In this document: positions 27,549 through 41,466 of the stretch, piece by piece
Position numbering within the stretch: the first letter of the stretch is position 1
Layout: every line of letters starts with the position of its first letter
Source: Carcharhinus longimanus
Taxonomy: Eukaryota
Length of the DNA stretch: 64,000 nt
Direction: 5' to 3'
Assembly (NCBI GenBank): GCA_030264375.1
Contig: JASCQW010000027.1
Span: 93,546,858-93,610,857, forward strand
Program-made: the position numbers and the translations under genes
Notes under the pieces: model-generated
The model's input: the letters and a program-made list of their open reading frames with translations, nothing else
Told to the model about the DNA's origin: nothing
The model's database searches: none

Positions 27549-28664
27549 GGCTGTGATTCTCCCACTGTGACCCGCAACTTTTCTGGCGGGTCACCGTGGG
27601 AGATGTGTGTCTGCAGCCTTGAACAGAGATTTGCGCATGCGCTGGGAACGCATATGCATCTAGCAGAGCAGGTGAACAGTTGCTGGTCAGACCACACTGG
27701 AAACTGGCGGGAAGGCGGGTAAGTCATTTAGATCTTTTCTGCATGTATTTTAAATATGTGTATTTGTCCATTATCAGGACCTGAAAGGACTCTCCCACCC
27801 AGCCAGGAATATTTCATTCCAGCTCCCCATGTTCAGGAGATCCCTGAAGTGAAGAGGGGGAGCAATCAGGCCCCCCCCGGGGGTTTGGTCGCAGGGTGTG
27901 GTTGGTGTCCCCTGGGCATGGGCACTGCCCCCTGGGCATGGTCAATGTCCAAGGGCGGGACCTATGGTGGGTGGGGCCTAGAGGCGANNNNNNNNNNNNN
28001 NNNNNNNNNNNNNNNNNNNNNNNNNNNNNNNNNNNNNNNNNNNNNNNNNNNNNNNNNNNNNNNNNNNNNNNNNNNNNNNNNNNNNNNNNNNNNNNNNNNN
28101 NNNNNNNNNNNNNNNNNNNNNNNNNNNNNNNNNNNNNNNNNNNNNNNNNNNNNNNNNNNNNNNNNNNNNNNNNNNNNNNNNNNNNNNNNNNNNNNNNNNN
28201 NNNNNNNNNNNNNNNNNNNNNNNNNNNNNNNNNNNNNNNNNNNNNNNNNNNNNNNNNNNNNNNNNNNNNNNNNNNNNNNNNNNNNNNNNNNNNNNNNNNN
28301 NNNNNNNNNNNNNNNNNNNNNNNNNNNNNNNNNNNNNNNNNNNNNNNNNNNNNNNNNNNNNNNNNNNNNNNNNNNNNNNNNNNNNNNNNNNNNNNNNNNN
28401 NNNNNNNNNNNNNNNNNNNNNNNNNNNNNNNNNNNNNNNNNNNNNNNNNNNNNNNNNNNNNNNNNNNNNNNNNNNNNNNNNNNNNNNNNNNNNNNNNNNN
28501 NNNNNNNNNNNNNNNNNNNNNNNNNNNNNNNNNNNTGAGATGCCCGACTTGGACCTTTTCGGCGCACAGAGTGTGGAGATTCGGGTGAGCAGCTGAACCG
28601 ATGGAACAGTCAGGATTTGGAACAGTTCTCCTTCCAGTTCAATATTTTTGGGAGAATCACGGCT
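27549..28664. mobile_element. GC-rich MITE of the same group; centre lies in an N gap
   Basis: TIRs ggctgtgattctccca ... tgggagaatcacggct (14/16 match), flanked by TAT on both sides; shares gtgtcccctgggcat and gcacagagtgtgg(g)agattc with the 14-kb copy. Confidence 0.7.
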
Positions 28665-29264
28665 TATATCTCTTCATTGTGTCTCAATCATTTGATATAT
28701 TACTTCAATAAACTTGCTGTATTAGAGTAATGAGTGAATGGTTGTCACATTTTAGTTAAAACAGGACTTAGATAAACATTGGAAACCTCTCACCAAGTCC
28801 TGATAACAGATGAGCAATGAAATGGGAGATGTAGTACTGAAAAATAAATGAAAATTAATCATGGAAAGTATGAGCATAAGTGTTTTTTTTAAATCACTGC
28901 CTTGTAAGTTATTGCAGGATTTGTGAGGTGGTTTTTCTGTAGCTTTTCTTAGCATAGACTAATAAGCAACATTGTAAAATAGTACTTACGTACAAAGATG
29001 AAACCCTTAATGATATAGGGAGAGCAATTGAGCATGCTGGGTGCTAAATGAGTGATGGCAGGCATTATCCCATACATGATTCAGAGTGTCTGCCTGATGC
29101 ATCTGTTTTAGGATCCCACTCCCAAATTTTGCAAAGAGTAGGTGAGTCGCCATCTACAAAAGTTAAATTTTTTTTTAAAACTTGTCTCACTGTAACATGG
29201 AAAGAGCTGCAGTACTGCTCCTAACCCCACAACAGCCATGCAGTCGCTGCCAGCCTAACTCCGT

Positions 29265-29601
29265 GGGCGGCACGGTGGCACAGTGATTAACACTGCTGCC
29301 TCACAGCTCCAGAGACGTGGGTTTGATTCCCATCTTGGGTCACTGTCTGTGTGGAGTTTGCACATTCTCTCCGTGTCTGTATGGGTTTCCTCCAGGTGCT
29401 CCAGTTTTTTCCCACACTCCAAAGATATACAGGTTAGATATATTGGCCGTGCTCAATTGCCCCTTAATGTCATGGGATGTAAGTTAGAAGGATTGTGGGT
29501 AAATATGTGGGGTTACGGGGACAGGACCAAGGTGGGATTGTTGTTGGTGCAGACTCGATAGGCCAAATGGCCTCCTTCTGCACTGTAGGGATTCTATGAT
29601 T
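29265..29601 (+). mobile_element. Full-length HE1-like tRNA-derived V-SINE
   Basis: A-box tggcacagtga, B-box-like gtttgattcc, V-domain, CR1-like tail; aactcc repeated near both flanks. Confidence 0.9.
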
Positions 29602-29976
29602 TTAAACTCCAATATGTCTCAACCTCCCAAAAGCTGCAAGCTGGCTCAGAACCTGAGCTGGCAGATCTTATGAAGGGCCAACTTGGTGTGCTGCCCAATT
29701 GTCATCCATGGTCTGCAGGAATGATGGTAATAAGACCCAAGGTCCAATTTGGGGCAACCCTCAGACTGGTTTCTTCAGACACTAGCCACATACACAAAAC
29801 AATTTCTCACCATAGTAACAAACTTCAATCAAATAAATAATTTGTTGTGCAAACATGGAACAGTACAACTGGCACTCACTCAGATGGTACAGGAACTCTT
29901 TTTGTTTATCAGGATTCAATGGTAGTACTTTGAACTTTATTAATGGACTGAAAACATTTTACTATTTTGTACACAG

Positions 29977-30144
29977 GGTATGGAGTGTCCGATACAATCA
30001 TTCACATGACCAGTTGGTGCTGACTGCCAGCAGTGACAGCAGAGTCATTCTTTCCAACATGGTTTCTATTTCATCAGAGCCCTTCGGCCACCTAGTGGAT
30101 GATGATGATTTAAGTGACCAAGAAGACAATCACAATGAAGAAAA
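29977..30144 (+). CDS. EIPR1: EIPR1 coding exon (equivalent to exon 8)
   Basis: acacag| and AA|gtaagt; 168 bp; (W)[55 protein letters not shown]. Confidence 0.96.
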
Positions 30145-31952
30145 GTAAGTAACCTGTCACAATCTTTTAAAAATGTATTATTATTAGCTACTTATTAATT
30201 TTAAAAACAATGGACAATGTGAGGAGTTCTTGTAGTGCTAACAGACTACTCCATATTGATGATATAACATAATGTGAGTATACTAACCTAGTGACCACGG
30301 GACAGGACCGAAAACCCAGAGGAAACCCTCCTCCTTCTCCAGTTTCTCAGTTAACTATTAATGCTCTCAGGACAATGTAAGATGAGCAATGAGTACTAAT
30401 GGACTTATAAAGAACAAGCTGTACGTTATTGCTGTTTTTCAGTCTACTGTTCAAAGCAGGTTATAAATGTAATTTTAAAGCTGCATTATCCTACTTCAAA
30501 ATACCTGAAGCTCAGTTTGAAAAGTTCAGAGTCCACCAAACACTGATTTCATGTGGACCCGTGCAAACTCTTTGGAGAAACTGCCAATCAATCTATTATT
30601 CTAATATAGAAGTTGGAGGAATTTGTTATTAATTTCACTTGGCATGCAGGTTTGTGTACTGAATTATAATGTTTTCTCCAGAGTTTGGAGAAGCAGAAAA
30701 TGTAGCTTTAAGAACAATACTTTTACCTGGCTCTCCCCCAGTGTGGAGCCTAGCTAGTGAACAAGTTCAAATTGGAAAATCGGGACAGTCCTTTAGCTTT
30801 GTCTCTGTTACTGTGCTCAGAGGCTTCATGCCGGGGTTGAAGGAGCATAAACTTCCCACCATAAACAAACACCTAAAATGTAATGATTCTTAGACAATTA
30901 TTCTTATTTGTAGAGTACCTTTGAATAACTATTGTCATTAACAAAAATATTTAATAAATTTGAGACAGTAATTAACCCACACTTCATCAACTTTACATAT
31001 TTAAGATAGGATAACCAAGAATTGTTCAGTTCACAGAATGCTGACGTCTCATCTCTAGGACTTGTGTTGCACTTCAGTTTGGCTTTCATCTGGTTCTGCA
31101 AGATGAGTTGAGATAGCCTCAACCCAGTCCTAATCGATGCGAGTCCACTGCACAAGATAAAATATTTCATGGGAAAATTTTCCACCACTTGATAAATTAG
31201 TTTTACCCAGGGCATTCCCAGCATGATAAAACCTTGACAAGAGAATTCAGCGTCAAGGATTAATCTACGCTGTTCCCATTTCACTCCTGTTCCTAATTAA
31301 TGTACCTTTACACCCATAGTAGAACCAGAAAGCATTTTGATCCTACTGAATAAATGATTACAGCAGGCACATCCAATATCATAAACAGTTATTTGGATTC
31401 AACTCGAGGATAACTATTTTACTATTGGATCCCAGTGTGTCTTCTCTATTTGACAATTGTTGATTTTCATACATTCGGAAGATAACAGGTGTCGTTATAA
31501 TTAAGGAGTGAAGAATTTGAAACCTTGATGAACCAATTCTTTATGGTTTCAACCTGTGTGCATTTAATGCCTGTTAAATATTTCTATAAATAAGAACATT
31601 TAATTATAAATGAGAAAATTGTAAATGCCATTCTTTGGTAATAGTAATTAGTTCATTGCAGTTTTTCACTGAAGATTTCAATGCCTGAATAACATCACTA
31701 AAGCTGACAATTTCAATTAAAATTTCAGTAAACCATTCATCAATTAACAGTACCATTTCACTGAACTGGACATGGCCTGTATTATTGACAATCACAGTTT
31801 ATTTTTTTAAAAGAAAGACAGTAATCCCATTATAAAATTATCTTGGGAAGTAATTTGCAATTAAGTTCACTAAATTTTGTCCAAATTTTAAAGAATTCTC
31901 ACTTTTACTGCTGTTAATAAAAGTATTTCCAGTATTGGTAATCATTTCTAAT

Positions 31953-32260
31953 TAGAAATCAAAGAAACCTTACAGTACAGAAAGAGGCCATTCGGCCCAT
32001 TGATTCTGCATCGATAACAGTCCCACCCAGGGCCCAACCCCATAACTCCATATATTTATCCCACTAATCCATCTAACCTATGCATCCTGGGACACTAAGG
32101 GGCAATTTAGCATGGCCAATCAACCTAACCTGCACTTCTTTGAACTGTGGGAGGAAACCAGAGCACCAAAAGGAAACACACGCAGACATAGGCAAACATG
32201 CAAACTCCAGTGACCCAAGTCCCTGGAGCTGTGAGGCAACAGTGCTAACCACGGTGCTAC
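31953..32260 (-). mobile_element. HE1-like V-SINE
   Basis: Reverse complement of the same SINE body (ctgtgggaggaaaccagagcacc, ctgtgaggcaacagtgctaaccac). Confidence 0.88.
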
Positions 32261-32409
32261 TTTATCTAATTGTTTAAAGTAGCTTTTTTGTATTATATTT
32301 GGAAATTATGTTTTTAAAATAATTCAGGACTTTAAAAAGAGCATTATGAACTGCAACTATATAACAAGAAGATGGAAAGCACTTCCATTTAACTAACCTC
32401 TTTCATGTC

Positions 32410-32745
32410 TATGAAATGTCCTTACCCAATACATTTCACGTGCTCACTGATGTGATACAGGCACGCAAGATTTCATGGTCTCATTTCAGCAATGAAATGA
32501 ATGACTAGATCCATCTATATTAACATTGTCTGAGGGATAAGTATTGGTCAGAATACTGCAATAATTCTTCTGCTTTTTGAATAGTGCTAAGGGATTGTTT
32601 ACTTCTACATTAGCAGGAAAACAGGACCTTGGCATAATGTCTCATCTGAAAGCCATTATAGCGCTTAAGTCAGTACTATACTGAAACCTTGGATTGTGTG
32701 TTCAGTTTCTGAATTGGTACTTGGAACTTGCCCTTTTGATTCTAC
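32410..32745 (-). mobile_element. Deu-domain SINE (SacSINE1-like), degenerate
   Basis: tgagggataagtattggtcag..gaatagtgctaagggattgtttac is the reverse complement of the Deu core; paralogous to 33300-33635. Confidence 0.6.
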
Positions 32746-33299
32746 ACCTATGCTGAAATATTAATTGACTTGACAGGGCAAGAATTATTTTGCTTTTAAT
32801 ATCTATTATACTGAAGCTACCTTGATTTTATCTCCAACTTACTGGAGATATGTTTGTAGATCGTACTATTACAGTTATACAATCACAATGATTTTTTCCT
32901 TTGGAAAAATAACTCATTTGTTCTTTCCACCATAAAATGGAATACAAAACTTGACCAAAATTGGTCATAATTTTTTATTATCAGACTAATTATGTCAATG
33001 CAATTATAGGTCAGATTTTGTATCCATGTTGTGCCATGTATATGTGAATAGGCAGCCAGAAGTATATGATGAAGTAGGTTGACATGTCTGTTGCTTAGTG
33101 TGTATTTTAAACTCTCTCAATTCAGCAGGACTCTAGCTTTACCTTCTAAAAAAAAATTGAACTATAGTACTCCATTCTTGACAGAATAAAACATGTGACC
33201 AGACAATGTTCCCTTCGTTATTCGTGCATTCCCTGAATAATGATCTGTGAATGATGGTCAATACAACCTACAACAAACTGCTTTTGCTTAAATATACAA

Positions 33300-33635
33300 G
33301 GTCATGAGGTCTGAAACACAATGTTTTGGGTTCAAGTTCCACTTCGGAGCTTGAGCAGAAAAATCAAGATGAACTCTTGTGCAGAACTGAGGGAGTCCTG
33401 TACTGTCAAAGTGCTTTAGAATGAGAACGTGAACCAAAGCCCCACTTGCCTGCTCGGTAGTTGTATAATACCCTATTGCACTACTTTGAAGAAAAGAAGG
33501 GAAGTTATCCCAATTTCCAATCCAATATTTATCCCTCAATCAACATCTCAAAAATACAAATCTGGTCATTGTTGTTTATGGGAATTTGCTATATAAAATT
33601 AGCTTCCATGTTTCCTATATTACAAGATTGACTGC
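33300..33635 (+). mobile_element. Deu-domain SINE (SacSINE1/AmnSINE-like)
   Basis: gcactactttgaagaaaagaagggaagttatccc..ccaatatttatccctcaatcaacatc..ctggtcatt..gtttcctatattacaa matches the Deu domain as I recall it. Confidence 0.72.
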
Positions 33636-33639
33636 ATGC

Positions 33640-34060
33640 TTGGCATAACTTCTCTGTTTTTATACTCTGTGCCTCTATTAATCACAGAGCCGATTTTTTG
33701 TTTTAAACAGTCTTCTCAAATTGCCACCTTCCAAGATTTCTGCACATAAACCTTTCCGTTCCTCCTTAAAAATTTTTATTCTCTCCCATGCTTTCCAAAA
33801 TGCATCACTTCATTATTCTCTACAATAGATTTTATTGGCATGTGTCTTCCCATTTCACCAGTCCATGTAATCCTGATGTCTGTTGCTATATCCTTCACTT
33901 TTTGTTATTTTGGCAAGTGTTATATCCTCTGCAAATTTTGAAATTGTGCCATGTATACTGAAGTCCGTGCATGTCAACCAGATCATTGGTCTTGATACAT
34001 ATCCATGGGGAGGCACCACCGTATACTTTCCTCTGGTTTGAAAAATAACTATTACTATTG
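33640..34060 (-). mobile_element. CR1-type LINE RT fragment
   Basis: tcctctgcaaattttgaaatt reads ISKFAED on the minus strand (FADD motif); degenerate. Confidence 0.55.
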
Positions 34061-34902
34061 CCCTTTGTTCATCTGAACTCCTGAGGCTGACTGATACAAA
34101 ATGATGGTGGAATTGTGAAAAAGATTTAAACTTGCTTGATAAACTTACTTATTAGACTGAACATGGAACTACATTTTATTGTAACTGCTGTAGCAAAGTA
34201 GAATCAAAATTGTATGGAAATTTAATTTGGGATAGGTTGGCACAAGTGTAACCAAAAAAAGCTATGGCAAGGATTAAGGATTGTGGACAAATAGTCTATT
34301 TCCTTCTCCTTTCCTTCTCCCCTATGTATGAATGGTATGTTTTGTCTGTAAGGCAAAAGAGACAATACTTTTCACTGTATCCCAATACACGTGACAGTAA
34401 TAAATCAAATCAAATATTTAATGTAAGACTTTTAACATGATATAGTTATATAAAAGAATAAGAGGACAGTAATTTAACTATTTGTACAAATAATACTTCT
34501 ATCACATGAAAACAGTGGTGACAGATGTTGCACCAAGTGGTGGATACTGAGAACACAAAGGGCTGAAAAATCTGGATTGGGTGGGTCAAGGAGAAAATTG
34601 AATATTGGATTGTGAACGCCTGTTACCATATCAAATCCATCAAGCTTGCGGCTTGATGGATTTAGCCGAGGTTATCCTTTACATTATACAATATATAGTG
34701 AAATATGCTGAGGTTGAAGGGACTTTCCCATTAAATGGTGTTTTANNNNNNNNNNNNNNNNNNNNNNNNNNNNNNNNNNNNNNNNNNNNNNNNNNNNNNN
34801 NNNNNNNNNNNNNNNNNNNNNNNNNNNNNNNNNNNNNNNNNNNNNCATTAAATGGTGTTTTAAATTGCATTGGAGATATCTAATAAGTGCTAAAATAATT
34901 AG

Positions 34903-35094
<192 letters not shown>

Positions 35095-35105
35095 TTTTCT
35101 TGCAC

Positions 35106-36490
35106 AATAAAATCATGGAGTGGGGGGGTGGATTTTTAACATTTTGACATGGTTGGAACAGAGGAAGCCCCATAATGTATGGTAAACTCAGATGTCTGGG
35201 TTTCTTTGCATGCTACGTTGTGTTTTACATTAACTCGTTCTCCTCCTTGAGGTCTTCTTGATCAGCAGGCCTGGCTTCCTGTTAGGTGAGGTGCACTCCG
35301 GAGAAAGCCATATGGATCAGTTAGATAGTATCAGTGACCATGGAGTGAGTAGGCACCTGTCCTGACCCTGGGCGGAAAGGGAAGCGGAGGGAGACGACCA
35401 GTTTTTAACTGTGGGGTGGGTGGGTGGCAGTGGCTTATGTGGAGGTAGGACGAAGCATTCCTGTGAAGGCATTTGCTTTTTCTCTGAGGCTATCCTTCCC
35501 GTGCTCCTGCTGCTGCTTGGGAACCAACTGGCAACAGCGAAACTTGCAAAGTAAGATAAATACAAGGCTTTCAGCCTCGTCAAGATAAAAAATGTCAATC
35601 TGGCTCCTGGGAGTGAGTTTTGTCTCTTGACCTATGACTGCCTGACCTTTGTCCCATTGAAGTCAGTGGATTGTAGTCAGACTCCTGTGTGCTTTTTTTT
35701 TACCCATTTACCCAACTTCAAATTTGACCCCAACCCCAATTTTCCTTGTTTTGAACAATTCATGTACGATTTCTGTTATATGAAATCTGGAATAGAAATT
35801 GGCATTAAGAAATTATAACACATTCCCCACAAAGCTGAGGATCATCAGCAACAATTATCATAGAATGTGTTTCAAAATCTTGATTTGTGCAATTAATAAT
35901 TTAGATAAATGAATAAAGGAATGGAATAATTTTGATGCTACACTTTCATGCACCATGCAGATCCTTCACTATCATGAGACAAACATGTTTTATCTTCTAA
36001 TGAATGGTTTTACTTGTTTCTCCCTGCCCCCAAGATAATTGAGTTGAAAACCAAGATATCTATCTAACCTTCCAAAACGCACACAATCTTGATTTGTCTG
36101 ACTTTTCCGTATTTTGCTTCCTTGGTCTCGGTAGCTTAGGAAACATTGCATTCCATACAGTGTTTAAATATCTCAAAACCATTGATCTTATTTTGTAGAA
36201 GCTATTCATCCAACCTTTAGTTAAATGAATTAACTGGTTACAGTACAATTGTTGGCCTTTTTAATGGGAACTGCAACTTCAGTATTTGAATAAAGAACTC
36301 TAATAAACCATTTGCCTTAACATTTATGTGAACTTTGATTGGATAATTTATAAACTAGATATACTTACACCATTCAGTTGGGACTATACTTCTGAATATT
36401 TATTTGAATATCTCATGTGATTAATAGATCAGATGATGCCAATTTTTTTTAAATGCCTCCTACTTCTCATTCCTGTATATTACAAATAAA
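35106..36490 (+). promoter_or_regulatory. Candidate EIPR1 3' UTR with several AATAAA poly(A) signals
   Basis: AATAAA at 35106, 35912, 36289, 36302 and 36485; the sequence cannot show which is used. Confidence 0.45.
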
Positions 36491-38539
36491 ATGCAAAAAG
36501 CATACCCATTTTATTCTTGAAGTAGGATAGTTTGCTATAAACATTCCTAATTGGAAAATATTAGCTAACATTCTGGTTCTGATATTTCACAGTAATATGA
36601 TTGAATTTACCTTTAAGATTGTCATTTGCGTAACTTCAATAGTGTTCGTGTGTGTGATCTTCAACATGGTTTTGGAGATTATACTTTGATCTAGAGCTGT
36701 TAGACTTGTTAAAGTTCAGGGACGTTGCTGTTTGAGTAATGTACCCAAACTCTACCAATGTATCAGTAGGATTTTCTAACTTTTTATCCTATCATGAGAT
36801 TTCTGACAGACTTTTATATTTCCAAATGAATCTAAGTACACATCTACAAATTCCATTTTATTCTATGACTTATGGCTGACGTAACTTATCTATATTTTAC
36901 CTGAAAGAAAGCTAGACGCACAGTAGCTTTCCTTTCTGTTGGTCACATTTAGCCAGACAATCTGTTTTTCTCACTGAAACCCACGTGTCTCTTTGATTTT
37001 ACAATACTTACGATATGTTGTTCTGAGTTAAAACATAAGCATGAGCCTGGATATTAACGTGGGTGTGTTAAGTAGGCAGTGCAGGGAGTTTTGGATGGAA
37101 AGCCTGTAAGGCCCGGTCTCCCTGTACAATCCGTAATGTGTATCTTTTCCTCTTAATAAGTTCCCTTCTTGGAAGTCCTCCTAATTGACAAGTTTCGCTT
37201 CCAACCATTCAGGAGGGCCTATACAGCAGGTCACAGGAGTGGGTAGATTTGATTCCTGAGCTCAGCAGGAGGGGATGGGAAACATGAGGTTTGACCCCCG
37301 ATCCTGGGTGTTCCTATATCTTTGTATAGGGAGTGGAGGTTTGACTGATGTTGAAAGCATTTGGTTGGGCCAGGAGAAACTACTCCTCCTGCCCCACAAG
37401 CAGTGTGTAAAGGCACTTGACATCACCCCAAAGCTATTACCTCCTTTCAGTTGTTGGCTCTGCTGAAGCTTGGAAAACTTGCCAGTTTCCGTTAAGTCAG
37501 CGAAGCAAGTTAAATCTGAGGTTGCCCAATCTTTAATGTGTTTCACAATGAGGTGTGAAAGTTTAAAGCCATGATTACCCTCTGTACCACCCTCAATTGT
37601 TCATGCTTTTGATGTTCCCTGAAGATCTTGCTTCAGTATAGCACCTCAAGATCCTCATGACCGAAGCGTATGCTCCAAAAGCTGCCTCATGTAAGAGATC
37701 CTGGAAAGTCTGCTTATTATTACCTCCTTACAGGATGGGTGTTGTTGTGATGGACTGGCTTAATTCCTAAATTCCAGTGCAGTTTCCTGCTGCTTCTTCG
37801 CCCTACATGTGCATTCTAAGTAATCAGATTCTTATAGTTGATCCCATGACTGCAAACTTCAGAAGATTGTTGCATAATTTGCCATTTGAGGATTCCATAA
37901 GGTTTCACAAGAACAATGCGCAAAATAAATATACTGCTGTAAGAAATCCCTGTAAGAAATATGACTTTGAGTCTGTCAATGAAACCAAAGCTGCAGTTTA
38001 CCTTTACTAAAACAGTTTTTCCTCAATCAGTTGATTCTGACAAATGTGCCTGATTAATGCAAGTATCCATTTAGAAGATTGAATGGGAAGTTGAAAGTAA
38101 TAAAGTTTGAAATGGATGATATCATGTTCTAATTCTGAGATTTGCATCAGTGCAGTAGAGAGGGCGGACCCTTTTTCAGCCTACACTGTGATGCAGTTAA
38201 TCAGAGCATAAATGAGGTAAGAAAAGTGTGTCTCCATCAGATCATCCCCAAATGACAAGTCTCTATCTCACTGGCTCCACCACACTTCCTGTTGTTATTG
38301 TATGTGTTTGCTTATTTTTTTCCCCTTCTGATCTCGCCTTTTCTATGTGTCTGCCCTCTGTTGGAGTCTGATACATGTGTGTATCCAAAGCAAAACTTGT
38401 GACAGCTACTGGCATAGCCAGGATGCACTACACTTGAGTGAGTAAAACATAGAAGATCAGTCAGGAGTGCATTGAGTTGAGTCTGAAGGTAAGAATACAT
38501 TAATGAAGGGACAATAGAAGATGAATTGGAACAGGTGAA

Positions 38540-39092
38540 GTTGGGCAATGCTACAAGTAAGCAATCTTAGTGATGGCACAAATATGCCATATGTAAGCAG
38601 ACTGGTTTAATTTAAAACTGTTGGCAAGCAGAGGGATGAAGTCAGTCACTAAGGAAGAGTTTGCAATAACGAAACAAAATGATGGTTTCATTTTCCCCAT
38701 GTTTAATTGGAGGAAACCTCTGCTTGTCCACCACTGGATATCACAGAAGCCATCTGATAATTTAGCAGAAGTGGAGGAGTGGGGAGGGGTGCTGGTGAGG
38801 TAAGATGTTGTCAGCATACATGTAAAAATGAATGCCATGCCTTTGGATGATAGTGTTTGAGTGACATTATATAGATGATGAATAGAAGAGGACAAGGATT
38901 GATCCTTATGGGACATCAGTGATAATGGTGCAGAAACTGGAAAGTGATTCATTACAAGTAATTTTCTGGCTCTGATTAAATGAAACCAGGTGACAGCAGT
39001 CACACAACATTGGAACAACAGTGGACAAGCATTGGCGAAGGAGGGTGTTGACAACCTTGTCAGGTGCTGCAGAACATCAAAAAGGATAAGGC
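38540..39092 (-). mobile_element. L2-type LINE RT fragment
   Basis: Minus strand, frameshifted: VP*GSILVL, GIHFYMYADN, DIQWWTSRGFLQLNMGK (L2 RT, PQGS and YADD region). Confidence 0.7.
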
Positions 39093-41466
39093 AACATTGG
39101 CCATAATTTTATAGCCTGCCATGAAGGGGATGGGAGGTAAAATAGGCTGTGCTAAGCACCGATCAGTCTCCATGCGCCAATAGTGATTTTAGCAGCTGCA
39201 GGGGAGGCAATGGGTGGCTCACTCACCCATGGGCTGTTTGAAACTTTCTCCAGCCATGGCCAGGCTTTTACCCATGGCAGGGGAGCCCGATGTTCAGCCT
39301 GCCACGTGAAACATGGTGGCCATGCAAGGAATGGCTTGTCTTATTTCGGCTTTCCTCCAACCAACACCACACATTTAGTTCTCAGACTGTTGAAGTTCCA
39401 GCAGTGACCAATGGCCCTGAAGATGCTGTTGGATCAAGAGAGCTGCCAGCTATTTGATTGGCTGGCAGTCCAGAGTTAGGATTTCTTCCCCAAAAGGGGC
39501 AGATGACCTGACTCAAGCCAATTAATACAAAGAACAAAAACAGCCCGGGAAACAGGCCCTTCGGCCCAACGAGCCCGCGCCGCCATCTCAACACCACCAG
39601 TCCNNNNNNNNNNNNNNNNNNNNNNNNNNNNNNNNNNNNNNNNNNNNNNNNNNNNNNNNNNNNNNNNNNNNNNNNNNNNNNNNNNNNNNNNNNNNNNNNN
39701 NNNCTTTTAAAGTTATCTATCAGTGAGAGAATTTGTTTGGCTGCAATTAAAGATTAATACAATTTTAAAAATGATACTTAGACTAAAACAGAACAGCCTC
39801 ACTTTCTGTGTGAAGGAACTTGTCACTGCTCAATGCATGTGCATGATCAGCCACATAGTAAGGTGTTACTTTCACGCTGTTTACAGAAAAGATGTGAAAC
39901 TTGGGCAACAACTTCCTGATTTTCATGCTTAACTCTGCACGTGTCTTCACCTGAAGTTGCTCTGCAATCTCTGCAGGAAGAGTGGGCTGTTATATTTTCA
40001 ATAAATTCCAGACCAACATTACTGTGACAGTGTGCCCAGTAAAAGAACTGACTTCAGTTACTCTTGCAATATTTTGTTAGCTATGGCAATTTCAAGCAGT
40101 CGCAATTCTGAAAATAATTTCAGTTAGTCACTTTAAAATCTCACTTTACTTAAATAAGGCTTTATTTCTAATGAAAGTGTTTTAAGTTAAAGAAACTACA
40201 GGTGATATATGCTCAAAACATGGTTTAATCACACGACTGAAAAATCCTACAGGAAGCCGTGTTTCTTTACAGAATAGCAGCAATGTGGCGTAAATACTTA
40301 TTTTTGAGAGTAAAATTAATCATTTCAGAAGGGAAGGTCCTTTTCGCAGAAGCCACAAATACTCTGAGCAAGCGCTCTCCTGGGAGATGAATTCAGAAGC
40401 CAAAAACTTGTTTTCTTTCATGTGACTGTAATATTCCTACTTGGCTGAATTTGAATGCAGCTCGCCAATGCCTCAAGGCAAATGGAGAACAAACTGGTCT
40501 TTAGATACAACCTTGATTTGTCAATACAAAAATGGAAAACGCTCAGAACATTCAGCAGGGTGGGTGGCATCATGTTGAGAACAGCCAAATATAAGCCACA
40601 CTGCTATCATTGAGATCTTTCATGTGCAGGCTTGGTATGTAATCTAGTGATACAAGACCAGCAAACATTCTCCTCTCATTTAATCACCCCCACCACTTTA
40701 TCCTCTCCTGCAGTGGCTGCCAATTCTGAATAATTGCAGTTTAAAACTTACCCTTTCATATGCACTTTCAAAATTTAAATGAATACAAAAATGACCATTG
40801 GCACCCCATAGCAGAGTTGCGCATTGGTAAGGAACTGAACAACTCCCATCTGCACAGATTTGATTGCAGTCCCCAAATCAGAGCGTAAACAAGGTATACC
40901 ATTCCTGAGCTTTTTCTTGTACATATCAAGTTTCAGTGAGGTTGCACCGATCTGTGACGAATGCAACACATTGAAGGGCACCACCCCTATCTGAAAACCA
41001 GATCAAGTATCAGTGCTTGCTGAATTGGAACTTATTTAGGGTTAGTCCTCAACTATCCAAAATTGAAATGAAGGAACACACAATTTGCATCTGGTTTTGC
41101 AGACATCTGCCTTGCTGCAGGGTGACTGGAATTCCCCAGAGTGCTTCACATAATGCACAGGATGCTGTTGTGTTATTGCACAAGGGAGAGGGAATATGTA
41201 CTCTACACCCTAAGTTAATGAGATTCTTTTCTTCGTCTTACTGGCCAGGTCAGAAGTAGACATTTCATTTCCAGTGCATCCAGAACAAAACTAGAACTGT
41301 TCCAATTTTAAGAAAGCCAGATTTGGATCAACTGTTAGGGAGTTCATTCCAAACCGCTAGAAATAGTTAAATTTAAACTCATGGAGAATCAAATTGAAGG
41401 TTAAAACAATATCCCAATGACCTGCCTGTTGTACAATAGCAGCATTTCATGGATGAGCCTACACTT

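Noticed and set aside
27756-28588. Long ORFs of 201-260 aa
   Set aside because: They are open only because they run through an N gap; the same applies to the ORFs at 12760, 22286 and 34605
29265-29340. tRNA gene
   Set aside because: The A/B boxes belong to a SINE head that continues into a V-domain and LINE tail; no full cloverleaf
36904-36937. Small hairpin gaaagaaagcta..tagctttcctttc
   Set aside because: Too short for a pre-miRNA and low in complexity
41036-41045. CTAACCCTAA on the minus strand, the vertebrate telomerase RNA template sequence
   Set aside because: No GC-rich pseudoknot (CR2/CR3), CR4/5 or H/ACA context; a chance 10-mer
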